Of a stretch of DNA of 64,000 bases, positions 40,125 through 50,290 are shown piece by piece. The notes beneath the pieces are model-generated. The model made no database searches. It worked only from the letters and a program-made list of their open reading frames with translations, and was not told where the DNA came from. Position 1 is the stretch's first letter, and every line of letters begins with the position of its first letter. The stretch is from a plasmid. The stretch is taken from assembly GCF_054482525.1 (NCBI RefSeq), contig NZ_JBTHVG010000003.1; one strand, 5' to 3'. Both the position numbers and the translations under genes were made by a program.

Positions 40125-40366
40125 ACTCAATTCCCGGGTTCGGGACTGGGAATTGATCGACCAGGGGTTAAGTGAAAGCGAAATAGGGCTTATGGAAGGG
40201 ACGACCGTCTCATTCTGCAAATCTGTAAGCTGGCAGTTCGCAGTAGGCTTCGGGGAAAGGGTACTAAATATGTAACTTGCCTATTGTTTAGTACTGGCCT
40301 GGATATAAAACATCGCGTCCATGCTTGTATCCCGGGATGAAATTGAAAATAGCTTCATTTTTAACC

Positions 40367-40663
40367 TTAATGGATGAGCGATTTATAGTCATGTGCTGAC
40401 AAATGGACATTATGTGCGCCATCATTCCATTCAAAGAATAATCGATACTTAGAGTTTACTCGAATGGAGGAATAACGGTTTGACGTCATTCTTAAGCGTT
40501 CATAACGCAAGCTGTTGGATAATAACTCCCGCTCACTCTGGACATTATCCAGCGTTTCGAGTCGACACAGAATCGCGTTAATAATTTCAGAAGGAATACC
40601 TGCCGTTGTTTTTCCATTACGGAAGAACTTTTCAAGCCGTCTGTCTTTAAATGAATGGATCAT
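40367..40663 (-). CDS. HigB-like toxin (RelE/ParE superfamily, plasmid-killer type)
   Basis: MIHSFKDRRLEKFF...GIPSE...SIRVNSKYRLFFEWNDGAHNVHLSAHDYKSLIH follows the HigB pattern MIKSFKHKGLKLLF...SITVRANWRITFQF..GDAYILNYEDYH. Confidence 0.6.
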   Translation of the reverse strand: MIHSFKDRRLEKFFRNGKTTAGIPSEIINAILCRLETLDNVQSERELLSNSLRYERLRMTSNRYSSIRVNSKYRLFFEWNDGAHNVHLSAHDYKSLIH

Positions 40664-40712
40664 AGTTCCTCCGTAATAATTGACCTTAAAATTAAATTAA
40701 AAGGGCTTTGAA

Positions 40713-41183
40713 TTAATGAATCCCTAAAATGCGGGCGGCGACTGCCAGCTGCTTATCACTTAACTGACGCTGGTGGGTTAAAGAAGACTTAAGGCTTTCC
40801 AGAAAATTATTACTGCTGGATTGCTGGGTGATTGCATCAACCATTTTTTGATGAGATCTGCACCATGCATTGAACGCAGAGTTGTGGGCGTTTTCAGTCC
40901 TCAAACGCTCGTTTTGCAAGGATGCTGACACTTTGCGGGCAGCTTGAGCATTAATGCGGTACAGCGCATTCAGCGTGTAAGCAGTGCGGGTCGTTTCGAG
41001 GCTGTAACCCGTGGCTTTACAAGCCATACAGCGACTTCTATAAAAATGCTTACGCTCTCCCCGACCATTGCATTTATCGCAAAGAATACGAAAAGTATAT
41101 TCCGCAGTACCTTTTACAGAATCAACACAGCGGATTTTTGCGCTGGAGATTTCAATTCCACTGCGATCATAATATTTGGTCAT
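40713..41183 (-). CDS. Zinc-ribbon hypothetical protein
   Basis: CDKCNGRG and CMACKATG Cys pairs; GGAGGAA upstream of ATG; 156 aa. Confidence 0.45.
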   Translation of the reverse strand: MTKYYDRSGIEISSAKIRCVDSVKGTAEYTFRILCDKCNGRGERKHFYRSRCMACKATGYSLETTRTAYTLNALYRINAQAARKVSASLQNERLRTENAHNSAFNAWCRSHQKMVDAITQQSSSNNFLESLKSSLTHQRQLSDKQLAVAARILGIH

Positions 41184-41199
41184 AATGTGATTCCTCCGG

Positions 41200-41252
41200 T
41201 TAGTTCTGGAGTAATCATGACAGAATGAATCTACTGGCTAATAACCTGAGAG
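41200..41252 (-). promoter_or_regulatory. Conserved promoter cassette
   Basis: CTCAGGTTATTAGCC upstream of the start at 41183; the -10 element is less clear. Confidence 0.4.
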
Positions 41253-41617
41253 TAAATATTTTAAAAAAACATTGAGAGAGGGTCTGCAAATTTATACACG
41301 AAGGATTCAAATATAATTTTGTTTAAAAAATTAAGAGCATTCTGAAGTAAAAGTGCATCAAAAAGCATTCATGGATAAATCATGTACTGGTGCCAGCCAT
41401 TTAAACGCGGGCATTGTTCCGGAGTGATTAAACGGTTTAGCATCATAGATTAAAACCAAAAGGAAGGCGTCCTTCCCGTCTCGGGAATATTACTTTCCCG
41501 TTTGCAATTTAAGAGCCACTTAATGAGAAAGTAATAATTAAGTCATGCTCAACTCTACATATTACATTGAGGATGGCGTAACAGGGTACGGCATACTACC
41601 GCACCCTTCTGAAGAGC

Positions 41618-44008
41618 TTATGTTTGAGGGAATTCTATAGCAAATGTGGCCGTGCCAGATTGACCACTTACAGCGGGAGTAACGGGATACGTGCGCTCTT
41701 CACCATTACCAAGATCCAGTGACAGCGATTTAGTTTCACCAGGCTGGACCGTAACTCCGGCAACCGTAACGCCGAACTGGGCATTTTTCTGAACAGTCAG
41801 GGTTCCGTTTAACTGTCCGGTAATGATAGAACCGTCCTGACGCCGCAACACACTGGTTCGGATGATGGCCAGCGGCGTGTTGTCCGTTGCTTTCAGTGCT
41901 ACGGCTGTGGCCAGCGTCTTGAGATTATCCAGCATAATCAGATTCGCAGGCTGGTAGGTAAAATTAAGCGTTTTAGTGGTCCGGTTACCTGATTCGTCAA
42001 TAGCCAGTGCCTCCAGATGATACATCTGTCCCGATTCGTCAGTGTTGGGGAAGATTCTGGGGTATTCCGGAATAAAGACATCCTTGGATAACGGCGTGAA
42101 TGCCAGGGTGACCTTTTCAGAGTTAGGTCCACCAGCGAGCTGAAGCGATGTCAGGGAAGCATCCCCAGAGGCATCAGTAACGCTTATGCGAAGGTTCTCA
42201 AGCCCTTTAACCAGTTTTCCTTCTGCGTCTGCGCCATTAAAACTGAACGCGATAACCGGAAGCGTTGAGTCAATTTTCAGCGGTGCATTAAGCGTTTTGG
42301 TTCCGGTGTTTCCAACAAGATCCGTGGCAGAGACGCTAACCACCGTATAATCCCCGTCCGGTAGACCAGCGTATGAGAAGGTGGCGTTTTTGGTTTTATA
42401 ATCGCTTTCACTGACGGTCACAGGCTTCAGCGTGAAAGGTTCCCCCCGGGCATTTTTAAGGGTGGCTTCGAAAACTTTGGTATCCCAGTAGCTGATGTTC
42501 CAGGCGTTGACGCGATCATTATCGGTGGCCGTCATAGTGATTGTCTTGGAGGCCTTGTTTACCTGAGCGACATTAACCACCGGTGGGTTGTTATCCCAGA
42601 TAACCGTAAAATTACCAGCAAGCGCATCGAATATGCTGTCACCATCTTTTCCCGAGTAAAGGTGCAGATACTCAAATCCTTTGTCACTGGTGTAGTTGAA
42701 GTTAACCGTCATCTCGCATGAACTTTGTCCGATAGGTATAGTGCAGAACCAGGCTGCATTTTTTACCGTTCTGAACTTTTGCACGTATGGTCGGGGTTCA
42801 GCGGTTACCTTTATGCGGCTAATGGTGGCGGTTTTAACGCTGATTGAGGCCTGAGTTAACCACTCACTGGTATCACTCCGGTACATCTCTTTAGCCACTA
42901 TCTTCGGGGCTATTTCCATCGCCGGGGCTGGAGTGAAGTTGAGGGAGTTATGATGAATTCGTCTTACTCCTCCTGCCAGAGTCTGGAATTCATGATAAGT
43001 ATCCCCCACATTGGGATATATGTATTTGAAAGTATAAATATTATAAGTGCTATCGGACGTCTGGAAATTCGAGTCCGCCCAGCCATATTTGGAACCGTTA
43101 ACAGCAGTAAAGTCACTTTTTTTCCTTAATACCCGTACGGAAATAGGGTTCTGGAAGACGGTCATGCCAGACTGATAAGTGACCCATGATCCGGTAGTGG
43201 CGTCCTGCACCTGGATGATATCGTCAGGCTTAACCCGATCAATTACGCTTCGGCGGCTTAGTTCGATCCTGTTTCCCGCTTTGTCATAAAGGTAGATCCC
43301 CACTTTATATTCAGAGCGGTTTTCCGGTGCCAGGGCATTGCTGCTTGCGTCGGCGACTTGAACGGTTACGCTACCTTCCACTGTATTAATTTCCGCTGGC
43401 TTTTTACGCTCCACTCCAGCGGCATCGGTTATGAAATATTCAGCATTAGCAAGCCCGGAACCTTTATCACTCAGTCCATTAAAGACCAGTGCCTGGACGC
43501 TGGCGTACTGCATACCGGCTGGTACTGAAGTGAAGATCGCTTCGCTGCCAAAGTTCCACCCGTTTCTCGTATAACTTATGGTACCCGTTGCCGGAGGCGT
43601 TCGGTCAATTGCAAGCGGGTAATCCTGCCGGGAGACCTCCTTCCCTTGCAAGTCGGTAATCACCTCTCTGAGGGTGAAGCTATCTTCTCCCATCGCTGGT
43701 ACGGTCAGAGTCTTGCCGTAATAATCAAAGCCTGTCGAAGATGTGGTACGGTCATCTACGGTAACCAGGCTGCTTTTCGTGCTCCAGATGAGGCTCCCGT
43801 CACTTTTCAGCAGACTGAGCGTAATATAACGGTCCAGACCGGAAATAACGGCAACGTCAAAGCTCGTTACCGGATTAATCCATACGGATGCAGGCGATAC
43901 GGTCTTTTTAACGTTCAGGGTATCTTTAAAGCTGAATTCTGCGATTTCAGCGGAAGCTCCTGCGCTGAAACCTGCAAATGCAATAAGCAGGGCTAGTTTG
44001 ATTTTCAT
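41618..44008 (-). CDS. Secreted Ig-like (Big-domain) surface protein, paralog 1 of 3
   Basis: Signal peptide MKIKLALLIAFAGFSAGASA with AGGAG upstream; repeated D-x-(A/S)GN Ig-like motifs; conserved ISGLDRY N-terminal and LDLGNGEERTYPV C-terminal segments shared with the other two. Confidence 0.6.
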   Translation of the reverse strand: MKIKLALLIAFAGFSAGASAEIAEFSFKDTLNVKKTVSPASVWINPVTSFDVAVISGLDRYITLSLLKSDGSLIWSTKSSLVTVDDRTTSSTGFDYYGKTLTVPAMGEDSFTLREVITDLQGKEVSRQDYPLAIDRTPPATGTISYTRNGWNFGSEAIFTSVPAGMQYASVQALVFNGLSDKGSGLANAEYFITDAAGVERKKPAEINTVEGSVTVQVADASSNALAPENRSEYKVGIYLYDKAGNRIELSRRSVIDRVKPDDIIQVQDATTGSWVTYQSGMTVFQNPISVRVLRKKSDFTAVNGSKYGWADSNFQTSDSTYNIYTFKYIYPNVGDTYHEFQTLAGGVRRIHHNSLNFTPAPAMEIAPKIVAKEMYRSDTSEWLTQASISVKTATISRIKVTAEPRPYVQKFRTVKNAAWFCTIPIGQSSCEMTVNFNYTSDKGFEYLHLYSGKDGDSIFDALAGNFTVIWDNNPPVVNVAQVNKASKTITMTATDNDRVNAWNISYWDTKVFEATLKNARGEPFTLKPVTVSESDYKTKNATFSYAGLPDGDYTVVSVSATDLVGNTGTKTLNAPLKIDSTLPVIAFSFNGADAEGKLVKGLENLRISVTDASGDASLTSLQLAGGPNSEKVTLAFTPLSKDVFIPEYPRIFPNTDESGQMYHLEALAIDESGNRTTKTLNFTYQPANLIMLDNLKTLATAVALKATDNTPLAIIRTSVLRRQDGSIITGQLNGTLTVQKNAQFGVTVAGVTVQPGETKSLSLDLGNGEERTYPVTPAVSGQSGTATFAIEFPQT

Positions 44009-44505
44009 GGGTTGTCTCCTGATCAGGTTCCCCATGATACTTTTTCAGTGTTCGAGATCTTTTCGGGAAAATAGCTAATTTTAATGTTTTTCTTTTCTGC
44101 CCGGCGGGACCTGTTTTGTTCCATTTTTATCAGTGAATGTAATGAGACCGATTCGTCCACTGTTAACAGTGTAAAAGCGAGGTTGAAAGCCAGCTTTGAG
44201 AAGGTTTTCAATAGCTGAAAAAAAATCTTTTTTGAGCATTGGTTTCAAGATGGTTTTCCTTTTATGCCCGGTGCCGCCGGGACGGTGGCATTAAATATAC
44301 GCCATGTAAGTAAATTAATTTTTACCCATTTGATTGTCAATACAAACAAAAAATAAACCATGTTTATTATTTTACCAGCGATGCTATTTTAAAGTCCGTC
44401 TAAAATAAAAAACCAAAAAGTTAAATTTGAAGCCATCCTTCCTAAATTCATTTCTTGCGCATATTAGCCCCTGCTTTAAGTATATAATTTTTGAAAAAGT
44501 TGTCT

Positions 44506-44545
44506 GGAGGTTATTAGCTCGTGCATCTGGATTGTTAATATAAAG
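44506..44545 (+). promoter_or_regulatory. Conserved promoter cassette, plus-strand copy
   Basis: GGAGGTTATTAGCTC then about 17 nt to TAATAT, upstream of the gene at 44569. Confidence 0.45.
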
Positions 44546-44568
44546 CCAACACAGAAAAGGAAAACAAA

Positions 44569-45333
44569 ATGTATAAATTAGTATCTCCTCGTGAACTGAC
44601 TGAGATTATTACCGGTTTACTGCTTAAACCTGAACTCCTTGGTGAGCTGGACTCACCAGAAAAGCATCGGATGTTTATGGCAGATTTAGGCCGGGTGGTG
44701 GCAGAACATTGTGGAGGTCTGGTAAACAGCGTCGTCTTGCCAGGAGCTGAAGTTACAGTGCCGGATGGGTTACCGCTTAACGGCCAGCCAGTACGTTATC
44801 TCGGAATCAAAGAGAGCATCCCTCACCTCCTTGTAGAGCCTGATGCTTCCTTACCTTCGCTCGCTAAAAACGTCTGGATGTATGCAGATCCTGAAGGCTG
44901 GAAAGAACATTTTGGAGCTGAGGAAGACTGCCTTACTCATGAAATGATGCAGCTGTTCCGTAAAGGTATCCAGGCTCTTCAGAAGGAGCATGATACCCCT
45001 GAAATTAGCCTCACACTTCAGGACTGGCGCCTGGAGGAGGAAACACTGAGAGAAGAGGACAGTCAGGCCTATCAGGTCAGCGTTACCGGCCAACATAACA
45101 TCCACTGTGAAGTTGTTAACAAGGAAGGTAACCCCTGTTTTGGTGTCATGTTCGAAATCGATCAGGGTGTGCCTGCCTTACACATCAACACCGGCGGGGA
45201 TATGTTGCTCCACATTCATTGCGCCCATAACGGACTCGTTCTGACCCCTGATGCAAGCGGTCAGCGATTTGAGAAGGCTCCCGTTGACCGCTTCGCTTAT
45301 AACAGCCCATCCCTGCTGTTGTCTGCCGACTAA
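44569..45333 (+). CDS. Hypothetical protein
   Basis: 254 aa; AAAGGAAAA upstream. Confidence 0.5.
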   Translation: MYKLVSPRELTEIITGLLLKPELLGELDSPEKHRMFMADLGRVVAEHCGGLVNSVVLPGAEVTVPDGLPLNGQPVRYLGIKESIPHLLVEPDASLPSLAKNVWMYADPEGWKEHFGAEEDCLTHEMMQLFRKGIQALQKEHDTPEISLTLQDWRLEEETLREEDSQAYQVSVTGQHNIHCEVVNKEGNPCFGVMFEIDQGVPALHINTGGDMLLHIHCAHNGLVLTPDASGQRFEKAPVDRFAYNSPSLLLSAD

Positions 45334-45413
45334 CCAAGGCCAAATCTGAATTGTCCTGTTTAAGTAACCAACCCGCTGCCGCCAGGCGGGTAAATCCTCT
45401 TAATGGAGTTTTA

Positions 45414-46175
45414 ATGCAAATCTCAACTGAAGTTCTGAACGTCTTATCTCGCTGCCGTGCTGAAGGGAACTTTCTTTTCCTGGCCGACCAGCTCGACCGC
45501 AGCATTTATGTTAAGACAAACAAAGTGCTGGAAGCTGCCGGTGGCAAATGGAACCGAAAAGAGCAGGCACATATTTTTACGGCGGATGCAGCTGAGCGTA
45601 TCGAGCAAATCATTCTGACAGGTTCGGTCGACATCCCACGTGATTTGTTCAATTTCTTCCCTACCCCTGAGAATTTAGTCACAGATATGGTTCTACGCGC
45701 TGAACCAGCTGCCGGGGAACGTGTTCTGGAGCCTGAGTTTGGTGATGGCCGCATTCTGAAAGCCTTAAAACTGGCGGCTCCGGATGCATTGATTACCGGG
45801 ATCGAATTGAACGATGAGCGATTCCTTGCAGTGAAGAACGATAGTGTCCTTAGCACAGGGGCCGAGCTGGTGCATACCGACTTTCTTGGGTACCAGCCCG
45901 ATGAAACTTTTGATGTTATCGTTATGAATCCACCATTCCTTAAACGCTCTGACGTTAAACATGTCATGCATGCCATCGCAATGCTCGCTAAGCGAGGTCG
46001 CTTACAGGCCATTCTGTCAGCTGGGGTATTGTTCCGGGAAGACACACTGACAAAAGCGCTCAGGGAGCGAGTCAAACAACTTGGCGGACAAATTTCGCCT
46101 CTTCCGGATGATACATTTAGGGAGTCCGGAACAAAGGTCAAAACAGCCCGCCTTGAAATTGATCTTCGCCGCTAA
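45414..46175 (+). CDS. N6-adenine DNA methyltransferase (gamma-like motif order), orphan
   Basis: Motif I LEPEFGDGRI and motif IV VIVMNPPF; GGAG upstream of the ATG at 45414; homologous to the C-terminal domain of the gene at 62502-64000. Confidence 0.6.
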   Translation: MQISTEVLNVLSRCRAEGNFLFLADQLDRSIYVKTNKVLEAAGGKWNRKEQAHIFTADAAERIEQIILTGSVDIPRDLFNFFPTPENLVTDMVLRAEPAAGERVLEPEFGDGRILKALKLAAPDALITGIELNDERFLAVKNDSVLSTGAELVHTDFLGYQPDETFDVIVMNPPFLKRSDVKHVMHAIAMLAKRGRLQAILSAGVLFREDTLTKALRERVKQLGGQISPLPDDTFRESGTKVKTARLEIDLRR

Positions 46176-46268
46176 CTGACAAGCAACCGGAAAGAAATCT
46201 TAATACGAGTAGCCGGTTAAAGTTACCTGACCGGCTTAACTGACTAAATCAATAAAGAGTGAACAGAA

Positions 46269-46532
46269 ATGACGCATACTGCCGTTTCTCAGGCTAATAG
46301 TGCTTTGCAGCTACCCACGCTGGAGCATGTCTACGCACTTCTGAAAGCAAATTGTAAACCTGACCGCTTTGACGGGCGTGACGGACCCGTGTGGGGCCAG
46401 GAATACTCGTGGAATCTGGCAAAAGATCGCTTACAGGATCTGGAGAAATACGGTAAGGCATATGTCTCCCGTCATGAAGACCGTATGGGGGAAGGATTTA
46501 GTTTTGGTCCTGACCTGTTAATTATTCGCTAA
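46269..46532 (+). CDS. Small hypothetical protein
   Basis: 87-aa ORF. Confidence 0.4.
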   Translation: MTHTAVSQANSALQLPTLEHVYALLKANCKPDRFDGRDGPVWGQEYSWNLAKDRLQDLEKYGKAYVSRHEDRMGEGFSFGPDLLIIR

Positions 46533-46552
46533 CGCTCTTAAGGCCTGATGAT

Positions 46553-47164
46553 ATGGTAAGCACAACTGGAAAAAATATGTTTTCAAAGCCTATGACCACT
46601 TTCACACCAGAACGTATTGAACAAATTTTGGAATTTTCCGAGGGTAGTAACCCAAGCGAAGCAATGAGTCTTAGAGCTGACGAAGTTGCTGTACTGGCAC
46701 GTATTGGAAAGGCAGTTATGTCGATTGCGCCTGTTTATCAGTGCGAGTTTTGCCACCATGACGCAACCGGGCAACTTCAGTGGCACTGGGAAGATGTGAA
46801 CAAAGCTTTTTATGATAAATACGATCCAGACAGACGCGGAAGACGTCGAATCCTCTATACCGCCCCGCCGATGCCTTTAGTTTCGGCTGACCTGCTTAAC
46901 ATGGCTTCATCTGCTATTGAAGACTTGCTCACTAACAAAGACAGAAGTGGTGCGGGAATGTGGAATGACATTCCAGAACAGCTACGACGCGCAGCAGAAC
47001 TGGTAATGGATAATAGCCGGGCCGCTGAAATAGAAGCGATGCTGATGCGTCTTTATGTAGAATGTGACACCGGTGAGCGCAGAGGCAACGGCAGTCAATC
47101 TGGCGTAGCAATGCCTTCGTGGCAAACCGTTGAAGAGGCACGTGTGTTGCTGGGGGTGAAATGA
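46553..47164 (+). CDS. Hypothetical protein
   Basis: 203-aa ORF. Confidence 0.45.
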   Translation: MVSTTGKNMFSKPMTTFTPERIEQILEFSEGSNPSEAMSLRADEVAVLARIGKAVMSIAPVYQCEFCHHDATGQLQWHWEDVNKAFYDKYDPDRRGRRRILYTAPPMPLVSADLLNMASSAIEDLLTNKDRSGAGMWNDIPEQLRRAAELVMDNSRAAEIEAMLMRLYVECDTGERRGNGSQSGVAMPSWQTVEEARVLLGVK

Positions 47165-47628
47165 TGCAGTTCTCGCCAGGGCAGTTTGTAATTCACAACA
47201 AGAAGCGCCTTGCGGAACGAAGGTAGACGTACTGACTGAGGTTCACTCCCCTCTCGACTGGTGGCGTAATACCGCCAGGTTTTGATTCATATATGCCGTC
47301 CGTTAACGCATTTATATCTGTCATACCTAATTTATCCTGATTCTTTTTTACACAAAGTAAAAGCATCACTTAATGCGATATGTGGATGCCGATAGTTTCA
47401 GGCTAATGTTATAAGTTTTGCAATCGTTGCCAGTTTGGATACCACAGCAATGTCAGATGTAATTCCAAAAAGAAAGATTTACGTCCTGAACGCACAATAA
47501 GGTTTGTCGAAAGGCAAATTATAGATTTGTAATTTCGAGCACCATATGGAGAAGTTTTTTATACTTTTACGAACATAGTGACCTTTAGGAAAAGCTTAAA
47601 ATAACACCAAACCTAAAGGGGAATAAGA

Positions 47629-50049
47629 ATGAAACATCTCGCTTTTATTACTGCTGTAGCCGGACTCGGTATGTCTGTTCAGGCCCCAGCTCAGATATAT
47701 GAATCGGCCTTTAAGGACACGAACGGTATTGAGATCCACGCCCCGTCTTCTCGTCTTATGCTTAATCCGGCATCACCGGTAACTTTGACACTTATTTCAG
47801 GTCTTGATCGTTTCGTTAATGTCAAAGTCACGAAAGACACTGGAACTGTCATTCTTAATACTACGACTACACGGACGGGTGTATCAGACCGACTAACAGC
47901 TGCTGACGGTAGTGAGTTCTACGGCAAAAAAGTAACTTTGCCTGCTTTGGGTGAAGGCAAATTTGTCGTTCAGATAAACGTGTTAGATCTCAATCAGAAG
48001 CCTGTAGCGACCTATAACTATAACTGGCTAATTGATGTCACCCCTCCAGCGGCAAATGCTCTTACCGCTAATACTGGTTCTGGCTCTACCGCTGGTGACG
48101 TGTGGAAGCTTGGATTAGAGGCAACGGGGCAGTATGACTTCACCTCTTCGGGCGTAAGTGATGCAAATGGTATTGATAAGGGCCTAATATATATTTACAG
48201 GCAGGACGGTAGCCTCTACAGCACTACACAGATGCAGTATGACGTATCCGGCCAAAAGATGTACCACACTTACTCTAAGAATTCAGTTAAGGGAACCGGA
48301 ATACCAGACAGCAACCTGGATGAAGACTTTACTGCAAAAGTTGTTATCTTCGATAACGCAGGTAATAGCCGAACGCTGCCAACTCAAAAATTTCGCTACG
48401 ACAACACGCTGGGTGAGATGACACTGTGGGCCGTTCATGATCCAAATACGTCTTCCAGCGTCGTACCCGGGGTTTCTAATTATCCGGCTTACAAAGCCGG
48501 TATGGTCGTTAACGAAAACCCTATTCGATTAGTCTACCGGATCCCAAAATCTAACTACCGTGCTTATTCAGAAGGTGGGCTTCAGTTCATCAATCAATAT
48601 TCCGCCCCCAAAGAGATAGCTGTAGACAGCACTTATGCTTATGTTGAAATGACTCTTCCCTATGGCTCAATTAATGGGGATATGGCTCGTATGGCGAACT
48701 TTGGCCAGTGGGGAGGGTATTATCCGTCATACAGCCTCGTTCTAAACCCATCTGCAAACCAAACGCCTGCATTTGCGGGTACCTGGGTAGATTTCCTCGA
48801 TGATAAGGGGAACTGGGTTAAGTGGAAGGATTTTGAGAGTGTGGCTTCATCACGACTGCCAATTAAAATTTCCCGACTTCGTTTTAACGTTGAAGCCCGG
48901 CCCTTTGCACAGGAGATCGGCGGTAAGGCGACCTGCACCATTCCGGCAGGAAAAACCTCGTGTGAAGCGCCTGAGACGTTTGATATGGCCTTGGGTACCC
49001 AGGGCTACAATAGAATCCTTTACTTCGTTCGCAGCATCAGCAATCCCATTTTGCGGTCTGAGCAATGGATTATGACACGCTGGAACAATAAACAACTGCC
49101 GGTAATAAACTCGATATCATATGACGAGACTAACAAGCAGCTGGATGTACTGGCGTCACTTGAAGGCGATGGTAACTGGTTCGACTCGGTCTCATTGAGG
49201 GAATTTTATCTTTCCGATAAGAACACCGGTACCCGGATGTCACCAACAGGCGTAATCAAATCTCGTATCTCAGGTAACTACACGATTGCTTATGATTTAT
49301 CCCGTCAGTCTGAAGGAAAATACAACGTTGAGGTCAACATCAGGGACTTCTTCCAGAACCAGACCAATAAAACTTTCGGAGAAATTGCTCTGGATAACAC
49401 TCCTCCGACAGTGGCCATAACATTCGACGGAAAGCCGGTAAAAGACGATACGGTAGTGTACGGCCTGGAGAACCTCAGGATCGCTCTGGCAGATAATCTG
49501 ACAACCCCGAGGATAACCCGTCTTCAGCTCGTAGGTGGCCCCACAGCTGATAACGTTGAGCTTACGTGGTCACCGGCAGGCAAAGATACATACATGCCTG
49601 AGTATCCGAGGCTGTTCCCAAATTTCGAACCATCTGAAAATTATTCAATTAGCGTAACAGTTGCCGATAGTCAGTCGAATACCAAAACCTATACTCAGAA
49701 GTTCAGTTATCTACCGAATAACCTTGTGCAGTTACATAATCTACGCACATTGTCGGTCAGTTCACCTCTCAAAACGACAGATGGCGTACCACTTGCGTAC
49801 CTGTCCACTAACGTTCTGCGTAAGACAAATGGAGAAATTGCTAAAGGGGTCCAGAACGCAACGCTGACTGTGCGGAAGGATGCAGCCTTCGGTATTAAAT
49901 TTAATGGGGCACAGGCGGCTCCAGGCGAGTCAGTTGAGGTGCAAATAGATATGGGCCAGGGGGATAATCTTCTGTTACCCGTTTATCCTTCCGAAAATGG
50001 GAAAGTTGGCACCTCAGAATTCATGATTCAGATCGACGAGTTGAAGTAA
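47629..50049 (+). CDS. Secreted Ig-like (Big-domain) surface protein, paralog 2 of 3
   Basis: Signal peptide; ISGLDRF; D-x-AGN repeats; C-terminal IDMGQGDNLLLPVYP. Confidence 0.6.
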   Translation: MKHLAFITAVAGLGMSVQAPAQIYESAFKDTNGIEIHAPSSRLMLNPASPVTLTLISGLDRFVNVKVTKDTGTVILNTTTTRTGVSDRLTAADGSEFYGKKVTLPALGEGKFVVQINVLDLNQKPVATYNYNWLIDVTPPAANALTANTGSGSTAGDVWKLGLEATGQYDFTSSGVSDANGIDKGLIYIYRQDGSLYSTTQMQYDVSGQKMYHTYSKNSVKGTGIPDSNLDEDFTAKVVIFDNAGNSRTLPTQKFRYDNTLGEMTLWAVHDPNTSSSVVPGVSNYPAYKAGMVVNENPIRLVYRIPKSNYRAYSEGGLQFINQYSAPKEIAVDSTYAYVEMTLPYGSINGDMARMANFGQWGGYYPSYSLVLNPSANQTPAFAGTWVDFLDDKGNWVKWKDFESVASSRLPIKISRLRFNVEARPFAQEIGGKATCTIPAGKTSCEAPETFDMALGTQGYNRILYFVRSISNPILRSEQWIMTRWNNKQLPVINSISYDETNKQLDVLASLEGDGNWFDSVSLREFYLSDKNTGTRMSPTGVIKSRISGNYTIAYDLSRQSEGKYNVEVNIRDFFQNQTNKTFGEIALDNTPPTVAITFDGKPVKDDTVVYGLENLRIALADNLTTPRITRLQLVGGPTADNVELTWSPAGKDTYMPEYPRLFPNFEPSENYSISVTVADSQSNTKTYTQKFSYLPNNLVQLHNLRTLSVSSPLKTTDGVPLAYLSTNVLRKTNGEIAKGVQNATLTVRKDAAFGIKFNGAQAAPGESVEVQIDMGQGDNLLLPVYPSENGKVGTSEFMIQIDELK
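47928..47938. promoter_or_regulatory. Palindrome copy inside the CDS of Ig-like paralog 2
   Basis: AAAAAAGTAACTTTG. Confidence 0.35.
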
Positions 50050-50152
50050 CTACCCGGAGCCGACAGTAAAACTGACGGCTTCAATTTTACTGCCCTCCTC
50101 GACTCCGATCAGCCAGTACGTCTTCAGAGATTCGCAAGGAAGAACCGAAAGA

Positions 50153-50163
50153 AAAGTTACTTT
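50153..50163. promoter_or_regulatory. Palindrome copy 3' of Ig-like paralog 2
   Basis: AAAAGTTACTTTA. Confidence 0.45.
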
Positions 50164-50290
50164 AATCGTACGTTTCCAGCGATGCTTTCAAAAGACAATG
50201 CATACTCGTTGATTACGACAATGGGAGTGAGTGTCGAACCCCTTGAGTAAGGATACCTGGTAAATATACAGCCCCGGGGATTCTCTTCCT

